From NCBI RefSeq assembly GCF_009914755.1, contig NC_060926.1: a DNA stretch of 64,000 nt; one strand, written 5' to 3'. Below the pieces are notes generated by a model, which was not told the DNA's origin, searched no databases, and saw only the letters and a program-made list of their open reading frames with translations. The position numbers and the translations under genes are program-made. Shown here one piece after another: positions 31,226 to 47,618 of the stretch; position 1 is the first letter of the stretch, and each line of letters starts with the position of its first letter. The stretch comes from the human T2T-CHM13v2.0 reference genome, Homo sapiens.

Positions 31226-33059
31226 AAACTCCCCCTTTACTATCCCTTGTAGAGGGCACTACTAAGTTTGGTAAAATGTGTAAATTTGTGGTATACAAAC
31301 ACCCACTGCCCTCCACACACATATATCATTACCAGTGAGGCTAAAGAATAGTTAAACTCTGAGGACATTTGGAATATTTATGCATCTCTTCATTTCAAGC
31401 AGACCTACTCCCCATAGTAGACGTTACTGAATGTGGAGGTTTCTTCAGCTGACCAGAAAGCGCTTAAGGACATTAACCTATGCAGTTAGCTTAAGGGAAA
31501 TGACTCTTGGCAAGTTATTCCTTGCAGACTGGAATGTGAATTCACTACTTGCCTTTCCCCCTTCTTTTGAAAAAGCACTTCCCAGGACGTCCCTTCTAAG
31601 AAATGGCTCTAGCTATTTAATTTGCTCTCTCAGATTGGGAACTAAGAGGCAAAAGGACAATTGAACTGAAATGGGTCTTTTAGGTTGTGTGTATTTCACA
31701 AGTGAAGAAACTGAGGCTCAGAAAAAGACATGTTTACACAATGCTAGAAGCAATTTCCTCCAACTGTTTTAGTTGTTGTTTTTTGTGCTTTTTTTTTTTT
31801 TTTAACATTTCTAAAGTAAGAATAGAATGCAAGGATAGCATTGGTAGCATGTTATCCACATTCCAGATTCCAAAAGAATACTCTAGTGTACTGAAGTAGA
31901 AGACATTGTGTTCTTGGTCTCTCTGCCTTCTGACAGTGCTGCCTGGCAGTTAGTAATAAAATTCTACTCAAGATAGTGTGTTAAGTACTCACTGAAAGTG
32001 TCAGGCTCTTCAGAGTGGTTTCCTAGATTAGGGAGTGAGGTAAGCTGCTCATCCTTTTAAAGAACATCTATTTATTTCCAAATTGTAAATAAACTTAAAT
32101 AGTGTCTTGGTTAAACCTCAAACTCAATGTATTATTCTTAGAACATAACTCTCAGGAAGGTCTTTATTCTCACTGTGAACCCAGGTTTAGCAAGGGCTTT
32201 GTCATCGTTATCATCTTATCCAATGGTAAAGAATAAAATATTATTAATAAAAACAGCCTAGCAGCTTGGTTCTGCTTATTCTTTAGGGTTTTAAATCAAA
32301 ATCAATGTGGCTTTTAAAAGTAAACCCTGAGTAGAGTTTAAAATGCTGAATGTGCATGAATTATGCATGTGTCCCACATGCATGAGGCCCACAGCCTCAG
32401 GTGTATTGTTAGTAAATCCAATGCCATAAATATAAATCCATTCCAATAGCTTATTTGAGGTGACTGGGCTGCTGCCCCATGCAACACAATATTAACACAG
32501 TGGCTAGAAAAACCACTGTTCACACTGAGAGATGTTGGTATGTGTAGGTGTTGAAGGTGGTCCAGTGATACTGCTATTAATAAAAGCTAAAGTAATGATG
32601 ATTGAGAGCTCTTCTAAGTTGTTTAATAATTTAGCCACATGCTTTTATGGCAACAATATGTAAGTTCTACTTTAGGCCTCACAAATGGAGAAGACTGGAT
32701 TCTTTCCCTCTAATAAATCACAATCCACCTGGTAATTTACATGCCTAATTACCACGATGCAAATCAAACAGGGAGCAGTGGGAGAGGTCATAAGCTCTAT
32801 TCAAATAGGTCTGTTTTATTTTCTTTCAAAGTCCCAGAGAAAATGTTTGTGATGGGGTTGCTATGATGTATGGTGTCTTCTAAATTTATTTGTTTGAGAA
32901 CTTAAATAACCATTGTACAACAATCAATTGACCGAAACTTATTTATAATTGAACTTAAGAACTAAAAGTTCATCTAGTCCAAACCAGTCTTTTCAAAGTT
33001 GTGAAAACCAAGGCTGAAGGAGTTTGTCATAGGATAATTTTTCATGTTATTAATCCTAA

Positions 33060-33230
33060 ATATGTATGTACACATATATATTCATGCATATTTATATACA
33101 ATGTAGGATATGTAATATATACAAATACTATATATCATACATATTAGAATCATATATAATATATAGTGCAGATTTATATATCATTTTACATATATGTGTA
33201 TATATATGCATATATGCATTATATATGTAA
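33060..33230. repeat. (TA)-rich low-complexity tract
   Basis: Degenerate TA/TG/CA alternation. Confidence 0.8.
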
Positions 33231-35139
33231 ATGATAGCAAATTATTTCAGAACCATCAATCAATACTATAATATTACAACCAACTACTTTTGGATTTAAG
33301 GCAATCACTTGTCAAAAGAGCTACTTAATTAATTTTCATATCTGTTCTTCCTTGAACGCCATGAGTAAAACGAGTTCTCTTAAGAAGGCTGGGTAAGAAT
33401 AGCGATGAATAATAGCACTTCCATAGTCCTCAAAAGGTAGCATCACCTAGACTAAGTAATATTTATTATGGAACCATTGCTTCCTTTGGAACACCTATCA
33501 AAGTAATTAGCCTACGGGACTGAGCTTTCTGTAATGCAGAGAATGGGCTGATGGAGGGCCTTCATCTTTTATCTCATTCAAAACAGACTCCAAAGAAACA
33601 GTGACAAAGAGAAATTTAATTTGTAACTGAGGAGGCAAGATATTAGATAGCCTTGGCAGAATGAGCTTTGAGACTTGCTGGAACTTAAATATGATTCTTT
33701 TATAGCAAGGGTTTATTAAACTCAACCATCTCTGTGGACTATCTCTTTGCCAAGATCAATCCCCATTCTGATATTTCCCCAAGGGCTACGCAAACGATAA
33801 CAGAAAAAGCTTTGGCTCTGTCACTGTAAAACTGTAGGCGTGTTTCATATTTTGTTCGTATAGTAAGCTGTCCCAGGGGAGACATGAGGCTGTGGGAAAA
33901 GACAAAGAATCAAATCGATTTCTTAGACTAGGAACAGGGAGGCCACTTTCAGAGGCATCACAAGGTGAGAACAAAGCACTGACTTGTCCTCATGAAGAAC
34001 CATGAGGTTGATGGATCCAAAGGAGCTTGTACATACAGAGCAGGAAGTGTAAGGAGAATAAGTCTTTCTTAGAGAGTAAACAATGATTACACATTAGGTT
34101 CTGTTTAACACAATTCTTTCTTCCCAAAGCCTCAAAACATTCTCTATCTTTCCACTCATTTAATCGTCACTGAATTTTTCTGAGGTAAAAACAGACATTT
34201 CTTTATGAGGCAGCTATTTGAGTTTCTGATTATCATCCTCTCTCCACATCCACCCAGAAACATCTGAACCAAATTTCACTATATGTACTGACCAATTGGC
34301 TTCAGCTAATCAAGGGACTATGCCTGTCATATTAATGCACGTGGTAGAATTTTCTGGTAAATAATACATGGCATGTGTCAAAAGTAATTTTGTGCCAAAT
34401 CTACCTCACTTCTTCCCCTTTAACCCAGTGCTCAGAGTTGTGTAAATTATGCTTTATTCACACAGGTTAAAAGGACCACTTTAACTTTTCGAGCTAAGAT
34501 GTTTCTTGTGCTTTTTGTTAACATTCATTTCACTCAAGATACTCCTCTTTTGAATTCAACTCAAGAAAACAAGTTGTTTACTATGACACTTTCTGTAAGT
34601 AAGGTTTCAGATTGCTTTCATCACAGAATCTAAGAAATTTGTCTAGGCATCTTCTTGTTGGTATTCTTTTAGATTTAAGCTCAAAGAAGCTTAAAATCAA
34701 GCAAAAGAAGAGTTATGGAACTCTAATTCTCTGTGGGACAAAATATCATTGCTGAGAATATGTACATATTCATTACATAGATTTACATATATATAGACAT
34801 ATACACACACAAACACACACACATATATATATCTATTTGGATATGATTGCTCACAAATTTTAATGTAGCAGTCAATAAAATTAATGTCCTCAGTTTATCT
34901 TCTAAATATATCTACTGTACTGGGATTTCGTTTCTAATATATTTCAGGTAGAGCTTCATCTAACCAGCTGTGGGTTAGGTCTCATTCCCTTACTTATAGG
35001 TAACATACCTATAAGAAATAAGGTTGTTAACATCACTTTCTTGAAGATGGTCTATTTTGTCTGTTTCTCTGAGCACCAAAATCTGGTCACACTCATTGGC
35101 TATGTCCATCCTTTCCAGAAAATAATTATCAGAACAATG

Positions 35140-35345
35140 GTGAGCATTCCCTGACCACTTCCAAGTTACCACTGTTCTTAGGGCTTTCATGTAAGCCCAT
35201 TTAATTTTGATGACAAATCTATGAGAGGCTATTATTAGCCCCATTTTATGTTTAAAGAAACCATGGCAAAAACAAGGTAACTGGCCCTGAGGCAGGCACA
35301 TCCAGGCCCTTGTCCTTGGCCTTTGAGCTCTATGTCTTTATCTGT
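35140..35345 (-). mobile_element. MIR
   Basis: ctatgagaggctattattagccccatttta...aggtaactggccc. Confidence 0.7.
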
Positions 35346-35549
35346 TGTTTCTCTGTTACAACATCAGGCTTTGGTGGCAAGGAATTTAGTTCTTTAGAAG
35401 TAGCGCAAAAGGATTTATTGAGAATGTGTATATAAACCCACCCCAAAATAAAAGTGTATCAATTCATTCCACAGGTATTCTAAGCGTTAACGTATACATG
35501 AAATGCAAATATTACATAGTCGGAAGGACATTGTCTTTAGAGTTACCAA

Positions 35550-36180
35550 TTCCTCTTCCTAAACATAATTCCCAACCCTAGGTGCAGTCCATGTTTACTC
35601 TATCCATGGCCTTCCCTGCTCACCTGGCCCTTCCATCCCATCATGGGAAGCCCACAATGGTAATAGTCTCTGTACCTAGAACCTGCCCTGTAACTACCCT
35701 AACATGTAGCCATTCTATCTATTGCTTCATGATCTTCTCTGGCAGCTTTTCTCATTCCATCTTTATATCTGCACACTGTATATCTGCTTATGATTCTCCC
35801 TCTCACGTTGCCAGCCTTTCAGTCTCTTCCTCTGGCCTATGAACCTTGTCATCCATCATCACCTCACAGCTGTGCCTATTCTATAAATCAGAGAAGTCCT
35901 TGTAGCTTTGAGGAAGAGACTTCATTAGACTTACTCTTTTAGAACTGCTGAACTCACATCCTGTGCCAGCTTTCCTGCCACAGAGGGTGTCCTCGCACTA
36001 GGCTGAAGTAGGTAGCCTATGCTCTGATGGTAACTTGCAAGTGTTTCTGTAATTTCTCCATGGAAATAATGTTTGTCTTCCACCAGGCTGCAAAATCTTT
36101 GAGTAGAGGAGCCATCTCTCATTTGGGTCACCTGTGCTTAGTACAGTACCTGGCATGTTTTTGGTGTATGGTGAAATGCT
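35550..36180 (+). mobile_element. Degenerate L2
   Basis: gtcttccaccaggctgcaaa...cttagtacagtacctggca. Confidence 0.45.
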
Positions 36181-37749
36181 CTCTGAACTGAAATCTGTTT
36201 TTCTGCAAGGTGAGCGAGGGAGAAGATAGTTTAGCGGAGAGGAAGACCCAAGAATGAGACTCCGGAATAAACCAAACAACACATTAAAACACAAGACTGG
36301 AAATTCAGGAAAAATACAGATGGAGGAAGTTCATTACCAGAGATAAAGGAATATTTAAAAACTGTAATGACACAGCATAAGTAGAGGATAAACTAATGTT
36401 TAGTAGTACCACTTAAACTAAGGGGAATTAAAAGCCATAAAACCATGATCAAAGATGTTTTGATGCTGATGACAATGTGTAATTAATTATCCATCATTCC
36501 CTAAGCACCTAGTATGGTCATAGCAGTATGCTATTCACAGAAAATATTGCATATATGCTTTAAAAAAGTACCCCATTAGAAGATTAAAACCCTCCTTGGG
36601 AAGATGAAATCAATGCATGAGAAACCATTAGAAAGGCATGAAAAACAGTATTCAATTCACTATTAAATTATGTAATATGAATTAACTGTTTCATTTATTT
36701 ATCCACTCAAAAATATCAAGCGAATGCTATGTGTATTTTCCTGAATCAGGTACTCATATACAAAAAAAAAAAAAAGATTTGGGAAATTCAGGATGAGGGT
36801 ATAAAGCATTCTCATTTTGATAGTGTTAATTGCTGTAAGCTTATTAAAGGGGAACCATAACATGACTGCCAAGAAAAAGTCAGATATTAGGTTCAGATGC
36901 ATTTCGTTGGGTACGTGCTAGCATCTGAAGAGTTGAGAAATTGTAAAATATTGAGTTTTTTTTTCTTTGCATCAAGGTGTTCCTAAACAATTTTATTGAT
37001 TCTGTGCATTCATAATAGCTCGCAAACTGATAACTCAGCCTTAAAGCAATATCATAAATCAGTCAATTGTCTTGGAAACCCTGAAACCAAACTGCGGCAT
37101 ACAGGATGTTTTCTATAAGGATAATTTGAGATCTGGGCATCAATCTCAATTCAAGAGATTTACTCAGTTCATTTCTGAACTTATTTTCCCTGATGTTTCA
37201 TTCGGGAAAACTACGTATAAATTGTTGTGCTGTGATGAATCTAAATGTATGATCTAATCCAGCTCCAGGGCTGTGTTAAGTCACTGCTCAGCAGGACACT
37301 GCACCTGCGTGGAATGCCAATATGATGAAACACTGGTTATACGAAATAAATTTTAAAGGCTCTACATTTCTAAATCAGGAGGAGCCACTTTTACTGCCCT
37401 GAATGTTCTTCCAGATCACAATCTATGGGATTCTAGAAGTGAAATGACGAACAACTCCACTTTGGAATTCTATATATTGAATTATGATTTACAGAATGGT
37501 CCATCTCTTTTAAGAGAAGAAAGTAAATTTAGTTTTGTATTTTATTGCCACAAACTTTTTCTCCCACAGTAATGTAATTGTTGTTTGGTGGAAATCAAGG
37601 AGCAAAGGAATAAATTAAACAGGGTCTAGCCATTTATTTTCCCACTGGCTTTATCACCAAAAGTAAGTAAGATTGTTTTGAAGTCTATCCCCATTACCCC
37701 AACTCAGCCCACCCATGTCCAGGAATACATTTGCTTTGAATCTTCCTAA

Positions 37750-37989
<240 letters not shown>

Positions 37990-38548
37990 TGAGTTCTGTG
38001 TGCAGAGCATTTGTAAAGCCAACAGTATTTCCAGATTAAGCTCAACTATTCATTAAAATTTGTTCAACAAAAGAATTATAAAAATGTAGTTACAAAGACC
38101 TCATAATTCCTGCCATAACAGCTTTTTTAAAATGTCTCAATGATTCAACCTAAGAACTTCACTACAATCCAATGCCAGCTAATAGAATGTGAAACAAAGA
38201 GCAAAGTACTGTCAGGTAAATAAAATAAAATTATTCACCAAAAACATTTGAGCCTTATACTCAGCTTTAAGATGGCACTCAAAGCTGATTTCTCTGTTGC
38301 ACAGGTCTGAGCTCCCTATCAGTCAGAAGAATGGCAGAAAAAAAAAAAGTACATTCCAAATTTACATACTGACAGAGCACAAATGTCCTTTTTAAATTTT
38401 TTTTGTTTTTTAATTAAGGTATAATTTGCATACAATAAATGCAGATTTAATGTGTATAGACCATAAGTTTCAGTTTTTACATTTTGACAATTTTACACTC
38501 ATATAATTACCACCCAAATCAAAATATACAACATTTATATTAGTCTAG

Positions 38549-39257
<709 letters not shown>

Positions 39258-39260
39258 TAG

Positions 39261-39566
<306 letters not shown>

Positions 39567-40659
39567 GAGGGTCTTTTTTTTACGTAAAACCAAGTTGTTC
39601 AAGAATCATTTATTGAAAGGATTCTCCTTTGCCCATTGAATTATCTGGGTGTCTTTGTCAAAACCCAATTGATAACAAATGTGCAGGTACATCTTTGGAC
39701 CCTATTTACTTCCATTTTATTTGTTGATCCTTACCACAATACCACACATTCTTGATTATCTTTGGCTTAAAATATATCTTGAAATTAGCCAGTATAAGAC
39801 CTCCAACTTTGTTGTTCTTTTTCAAGTTTGTTGTGGCTTTTTTAGATTCTTTATATTTCTAGATAAATTTTAGAATCTGTTTGTACATTTCTACAAATAA
39901 TGGTGGGTTTCGATCAGATTTACGTGGAATTTCTGTGACGAGGTCTTACACATCACTCATTAGATTTATTTCTTTGACGTTTATGTATTTTGGTCCTAAT
40001 AAAAAATCTTTTTAATTTCACTTTCAATTCTCAATTGTTTGTTTATAGTCTATGTATATCACATGATCTTGCTAAACACACTTGCTAGTTTTAGTATATT
40101 TTTGAAAATCTATCAGGATTTTCTACGTAAATGACCATACCATCTACAAATGAAATCAACTTTAATTCTTTTTTTCTCCAATTTTTATGCCATTTATTTT
40201 CTTTCTTGCTTTATTGAACTGGCTTTGACTTTCAGCACAATATTAAGAGTAGCATCTCATAAATAGAATTTTAATTTTTATAACTAAAGCCAGAACAAAT
40301 GTGACTACTAAATCTCAAACTTCTTGAGAAATTCATAATGCTACCAGTGGTATACAATAATGTCTGTTTCTAAAATTTCAGATATTATTCTTTTGCATCT
40401 TCATGGACAGAATGGCTTGATTGATTTAATACTTTTATATAAAATGATTCACGATATATATGCTGCTTTTAGTCAAACTATTGAATTCATTTTTGCTTAA
40501 ATGTATTGAATACGAATACACTGAAATAAAATTAAGACTGTTGCTGGACTTCAGATACCATTTCTTCATCAAAGAAAATATTTTCTTCAATGTCATTATA
40601 AGGCAGGAAAATTTTATTGAAAAATTATAAAAGACTGGTATCATTTTTAAAAAAACCTA

Positions 40660-41780
40660 TTTGCTTCCATTAAGATTATTGTTACTCATCACCATAAAAC
40701 ATAAAACATGAAGAGCACTCTCATATTTTCAAATCTTCTCCCCCTCCCAAATGTAATTATTTAATTTTTATTTACATTACCAAAATTCAAACTATGTAAA
40801 TTCTATTCTATAATCCATAATTATCTGGACTTGTCCTATTTTTAATTCAGTGCTCACCACCACTTTTTTAATCATGGCTTTTTATTTCTGAGCTCTTTGT
40901 TTCAATCTTTACCAGATTTCAGGTGATTTTCCACAAGACTACAAGGGTGCTACATTCCTGTGTGCCTCCACATATTAATATGTCTGCCTGTTCTTTGAGT
41001 GCATATGGGTATATCATTGTTCTCAGAACATTGAGACATGGCTTCACAACTGGTGAGGTATAATTCTATTATTTTCTGCCTTAAATGTTTCTGAGCACAA
41101 GGCTCCATGTTAGCCTGAACTTTTTACAGTGCATCAAGGTCTTTTGTACTATGATAAGTGAATGTTTTTTCTTCATTGTTGACACTAAATAACTTTATCA
41201 GAGCATAACTCAACATTGAGTAACTTTTCACATTTTCCTGTAACTTAATATGGTTTCTCAATTTGCTAAATCTGTTCTTTCTTCATTTAATGAAAATTTT
41301 CTGTTTAAAGTTTTGGAAATTGTTTTTGTTTTCCTGTTCCATTTGTAAGATTGTCTTCTTCAAGGACACTTGTTGGCTCATCTTTCTCTGTCCATTGCCT
41401 TTTCTCTATTAGCTTTAAAATAGCTTCTCCTTTTCCTTTTCCCCCCTCTCCTCTACTTTTTCTTCTCTCTGCATTCACTCTGATTACTGCTCATCTTCTT
41501 TCTTCATTGTTTGGGTTTTATCTCCATCAATTTTGTTCCTGCTATTTCTCTTTCATGTATTATTTTCAATATCAGTGTTTGTTCTTTCCAACTGTAATCC
41601 CCCTTAGTAATCTCATGCTGTTTAAATGTATAAATATTCATATCGAGATGATCTGTAGATTAAAATTCATGTGAGGAATTTCTTCTATATCTTTGACTAC
41701 TTTCTTCTAGGCTAGGTTTTTGTTCTTTTCATTCTGTGTGCTTTTGTTTCTGTTAGTTTCCCTGAACTATTTTGCGAATT
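40660..41780 (-). mobile_element. HAL1 or ancient L1M-like fragment
   Basis: T-rich and diverged; aataactttatcagagc...ttctttcttcattt...aaattttc. Confidence 0.4.
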
Positions 41781-41959
41781 TGATATGCCTTCTCACCATA
41801 GATCTTTGAAACCAGATTCCTTTTCCAGAATAGTTAACTTCGAGAGCTCACTGTTTTGTAGGATTGGTATGAGTGTGGAGCTCCATGGTAATGACATGGA
41901 CTCTGATGACTGTGAACATCCAGCACCAGCACATGCATGAGAAGCCCTGGCATGAGATC

Positions 41960-42430
41960 TGGTACTTGATTCCCCCACCCCCACCCTTCTGCATTTCCAT
42001 TCTCTCTGGCTCACACTGTCCTTCAAGCACAACAGGCGTGTTTCCACCTTTGGACCTTTGCGTTTGATATTTCCTCTTCCAGGAACACTCTTTGTTACCC
42101 ACATATTGTATCTCTTGGATACCTCTTTATTTGTGACTGCTTAAATGTAACTTCCTGTGAGAAGGCTCCCAATGTACTTCCTCTCCCCATGCAACCATAA
42201 CTTCCTATACCATTACCCTCTTTTATTTTCTTCTTAATACCACATATTTTATGACCAACACTGACATCATGCGATATATTTTTAAATCTGTTATTGTTTT
42301 TGTTTTTCTGACAGTAGAATGCCCCCATTAAAGTACGACAATATTTCCCATCACATTTTCTTGTCTTCAGAATTCTAAATATGGCTTATAGGTTCTCAAT
42401 ATATATCTGATAAACTGATAAATGAATGAT
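41960..42430 (+). mobile_element. L2 3' part
   Basis: ggacctttgc...cctcttccaggaacactct...aaatgtaacttcc...tagaatg...aatgaatga. Confidence 0.75.
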
Positions 42431-42659
42431 ACACTTTCTGTTGATATTGAGAATAAATGAGAATGGACAATATTTACAAATTGTCATCAACAGAAACTGT
42501 TCCTTTTTCTTTTTATATATGCCATTAAACAGATTGCTGTTTTATTAGTTTTACTTTGTCTTATTTTCTTTTCCTAAGTTTTTCCATAAAGAATTGAATG
42601 GAATAATGAATAATCTGGTGCGAAACTCAGAAACTAACTCTGGAAATGCATCGAATGTT

Positions 42660-42890
42660 TAGTAAAAGTAACAGTTTCATTTTTTGAACACCTCCTATGA
42701 TTCATACTCTGTATTGGTTCTTTATAAGCATTCATTTTAATTTCTTATTAACAATTCCATAGATAATTTCTTATCCTAATTTGACAACTAAGAAAACCAG
42801 GCTTACCAAATATGAGACTGCACAGCTCATAAGTTCTGGAAAGGTGGTTAAATTCAGGGCTCCCTTATTCCACCACCTGCAACCCTTCTA
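42660..42890 (-). mobile_element. MIR
   Basis: tttttgaacacctcctatg...aagaaaaccaggctt...cacagctcataag. Confidence 0.6.
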
Positions 42891-43392
42891 AAACACCAAG
42901 CTTGACAACAATGAAAAGACACGTCTGTTAGTAGAGGAAGGGGCAAGCCTAGTAATCCATACCAGGATTTCTGCTAGACATTGAGGATGTAGTGATAGAC
43001 AACAGAGGCTCAGCCCTGCCCTCAAGGAGCTTGTAGTAGAGGAGAGACAGTTAACAAGCAATAAGAAGATTGTTACAAAGAAACATAAATTGGTGGCATG
43101 ATGACATAAGAAACAAACATTTTTAAAAACTTTTTAACCAGAAAGTAAAGAGGTTTTTTTTTTAAGAAATATCTTAGTTGCAGAGGAATCAGGGTATAAC
43201 CAAAAATGATGATCCACCTATTAATAAGTTCCATACTGTTTATCAAATTAGATTTGAACATCTTCTTTTCCAACTTCCAAAACTCTATGAAAACATTTAC
43301 CTTTGGTTTTTCCACATGGCACATTCAAAGCTATCTGAGCACTACCAAAATACAGGCAAAGAGTTCTCTCATTTTTCTTTACTTATGTTTCT

Positions 43393-43781
43393 TGTAGGAA
43401 AATAGCCTGTTGCATGGCAAGAGTGATGCCATTTTGAAGCAAAACCATCATGATGATCAGTGTTTGACCCCCACATTCCAAGGTGTTCCACTGCAAGGTC
43501 TTTAAACAATGCCTGTAGCGGTCATGAGTCTTGGCAAGAAAGTCTGAGATATGACCAGTTGCACACATCTTTTTCCTAAAGTTACCATATAAAAAAATAC
43601 TTTGTGGAGGGTGGATAGGGAGAGATCCACTGTATCTCAGCCACCAGAGACATACTTCAGTTCCTAAGTCCATAGTAAATGCTTCTTTCTGAGAAACTGG
43701 ATTTGTCAGCCTCTCTCTTCAGCCTCTCAGCTCCCTTGGCCTTTGGGGGTAGATCTGCATTTGCCTATTCACCTTGGAACA
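43393..43781 (+). mobile_element. LTR47-like ERVL solo LTR
   Basis: tgtaggaaaatagcctgttgcatggcaagagtgatgccat...ggaaca; 5-bp TSD TTTCT/TTTGT. Confidence 0.8.
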
Positions 43782-43799
43782 TTTGTCTTTTCCTAGACA

Positions 43800-44181
43800 T
43801 ATACCCTCACTTATATGTGAAATCCAAAACAGTGGAACTCATAAAAGTAAAGTAGAATGGTGGCTACTAGGGGTGGGGAATAGGACATGGAGAGAAGTTA
43901 GCCAAAGGATACAAATCATTCAGGTAGGGAAAATAAATTTAAAAGGTCTATTGTACAACATGGCAATAATAGTTGATAACAATTCATTGTATTTTTGAAA
44001 ATAGCTAAGGGAGTAAATTTTAAGTGTTGTCACCTCAAGAAAAAAACAATTAGTATATGAGATAATGCCTATGTTACTTAGCTTGATTTAGCCTTTCCAC
44101 AATTTATACATATGTCAAAATGTCAGGTATACAATAAGCACATATATAATTTTATTTATCAATTTAAATAAATAAATCAAA
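43800..44181 (+). mobile_element. L1MA 3' end
   Basis: ctcacttatatgtg...ctattgtacaacatgg...agcttgatttagcc...aataaataaa. Confidence 0.85.
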
Positions 44182-45360
44182 GAGCTATTACAACTCTTTA
44201 GGTGGTAGGTATGACAGGCATTTTAAATCTTCGCCTGTGATCCTAACAGCAACTATATCTAATAGGAATTGTTATCTCTATTTTATGAGTATACTGAAGC
44301 TCAGGGAGTTAAATAACTGGCTTTCATTTAGCTGCCACAATATCACTAAACCAGTAAACTGAGGCTATATATGAAGAACAAGGTCAACTATCACAAAGGA
44401 TGGTCTCTATTGAAGCAGGCATAAACTTTCGGTTGCTGAGCTGTGAGAATGCCTAAGAGCTGGTACCATGAAGCCCAAAGTGGTCTTGGGCTTCTGGCAA
44501 CACATATTTACTTGTTAATTAATCTCTGCAAGTCATACATTTTTGTCTTGGTATTACACCTCGAGTACAAGTGCAAAAATTTCTCTAGGTCAAGACTAGG
44601 ATCTGACAACATTTTGTATCATGATATTTTGTATAACACTGCTGTAAAATACAGATTCTTATCCATAATAGAGAACCAATAAATATTTGCCAACTGATTG
44701 TTAGAGACAAGAAATATTTACCTCCACAGTATTTATTTCACATATGCATTACCCTTATGTTTGAGAAAAATGGAATTTCCTCATATTGTCTATGTGGGTT
44801 GAAATGACTGATCTGTATTATCTATTTTGTTTTTACACTAGTTTCTACAGAAACAGTTACATTTTGAAGGTATGGAAAGTTTTTATTTCTTGATGTTTTC
44901 CCTGAACAGTTTTTGGCTTTTAGCTTTGGAACTGTTCCAATGGAAATACTGGTAACCAATTAAGATTTGGTAACCCAGTATCTTTTTTTAATATGATGAC
45001 TAGTTATATGAACACAGATTGGTGATAAAAATATGTTTAAGAGAATAACAGCAGATTTGTCTCACTAAGTTGAATTGAATATCAGTCATATCTGATGTGA
45101 TGGCATCTCATTAATAGGAATGAAGCATTTATAATAAAATCAGTGAATATGAACTTTTATTTTACAAAATAAAAAGTCACTAACAATACCCAATCAAGTT
45201 GTCACACTAGCCTATGACCATTGACGTTATTCTTTATTATAGAAATGAGTAATAAAAAGTCTCTCTCACACACAAAGATGTTCCAGACTTAACACTTTCC
45301 TAGCTTCTCATTGTCCCAAGGATCCTTTTTAATCTTTTAAATAGGATTTATAATGCCCTT

Positions 45361-45755
45361 TTTGATAAGATGTAATGTGTCAACCTGACTGGATGACACT
45401 GTGCCCAGATATTTGGCTAAACATTATCTCTGGGTGGGTCTGCGAGGGTGTTTTTGGATGAGATTAACATTTGAATTGGAGGACTGAGTAAAGCAGTTTC
45501 CTCTCCTCAGTGTAGGCTGGAATCATCCAATCCTTTGAAGGCTTCAATCAAACAAAATGCAGAGGAAGGGAGAATTCACCTCTTCTGCCCGACTGCTTGT
45601 GCAGTCTTCTCCTGCTGTCAGACTGAGACCCATGCCATTGACTCTCCTGGGTCTCCAGCTTGCAGACAGCTGATCATTGGACTTTTCAGCATCTGTAAGT
45701 ACATGAGCCTAATTCCTCCTAATAAATCTTCCTCCATCTTACCTCTTAGTTTCTA
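45361..45755 (+). mobile_element. MLT2-family LTR
   Basis: atgtgtcaacctgactgg...tgcccagatatttggctaaacattat...ggatgagattaacatttgaattgg. Confidence 0.85.
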
Positions 45756-45829
45756 GACCATCAAAAAAATAAAGTGAAATTTTTAAAAACATAAAGAAAA
45801 AAATAAAGGCCATTTCCTTTCTACTTTAT

Positions 45830-46140
45830 TCAAGAGAAAATTATGAAATCACTACTCTACACCAGGCAATACTCAGGAATGTGGAGATAATACATTGGTA
45901 ACCTCATGGAGCTTATACTCTAGATGGAAGAGAAAAACTTCAGTAACAAGTAAATATTGATATATAATACATTAAAGGCTGACCTGTGACAAGAAAAGAA
46001 AACAAAGCAAAATAAGAAAGATCAGAAGTATGGGGGTAAGGGAAGGTGTAATTTTAAATAGAGTGGCCAGGGTAGGTGCTTCTGAGATGATATTTTGAGC
46101 AAAGACTTGAAGGAGACTGGGAGATAGCCATGGAGATTTT
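45830..46140 (-). mobile_element. L2
   Basis: ctcatggagcttatactctag...ttttaaatagagtggccaggg...tttgagcaaagacttgaagg. Confidence 0.75.
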
Positions 46141-46146
46141 TGAGAG

Positions 46147-46389
46147 CAAGGCCAACTTACCCATTAGGCACAGCAGGCACAGAGCTTAGGGCCCAAGATA
46201 CTTTTAGGAGCGTATAAAGATATTTTACCTTCTTTATGAGTCAGAAGGGAAAAAATGAACTCTTGGGATTGGAGATAATGTTTAAGTGTTTACCCTGGAT
46301 AGATGATAGTTTTTTTCTACCAAAACAATTCCTAAATATACATTTTATATACGTTATATTGATTATATATTGTATACACACATACGTAT

Positions 46390-46425
<36 letters not shown>

Positions 46426-46509
46426 ATAAAACATATATTTGTTTTTTGATGAAACACAGGGCTAATAGGGCAAGGACCTAAGGCCCAGGAATGTCATAAA
46501 GCAGCCCTA
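46147..46509. mobile_element. ORSL-like hAT-Tip100 element with internal (TG)n
   Basis: caaggccaacttacccattaggcacag...gtcataaagcagcccta; imperfect 8-bp TSD TTTGAGAG/TTTGAAAA. Confidence 0.7.
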
Positions 46510-47145
46510 TTTGAAAACAGTTTCTAGTCAACAGTTGCCATTATCATCAGAATGGAATACATTAATGAGATGTAATTGGTATATCAACTAGAAATAGTTT
46601 GGGGAAGAATTTGTAGGGCTTTTAGAGACTTATAGAACCAAAAATCTTTATCATTTAAATCCTAATATTGTACCTTAATTCCTCAGTTATCTAATTAGAC
46701 CTGAATAGGTGAGTTACAATGGTTAAACAGCATTTTTTTCAGTTGATAGTCCACATATTTAATATTATTTCTTGTCAGTTTTCCCAGTATCTCTGATGAC
46801 AGTCACTTGCATGGAAAGCCCTCCATGTACTTTATACAGTTAGTACAGACAGCCTTTAAAAAATAAAAAACTCACCCTAATGATAAAAGTAGAAGAGAAT
46901 TGGTGGTAATTTATTTCAATGAGCAAATCATAAAATGGTGATGAGGAGTTAAATTTACCGGATTCAGAATATCCCAAAGGCCAAGAAAAAAGTGTACTTC
47001 AGTCTCCACAGAGAAAAGAAAGGAAGGCAAAAAGAAAGATGAGAAATTAAAATGTTTGGATGGCAAAAACAAGTGATGAAAGATAAGGAGCCAGGAAAAC
47101 ACACAAAGTATCACCAACTGAATTCAATAATTAATGGGCATTTTA

Positions 47146-47618
<473 letters not shown>

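Noticed and set aside
36900-37350. Slight CpG excess (about 8 CpGs)
   Set aside because: Far below CpG-island density, and GC is low.
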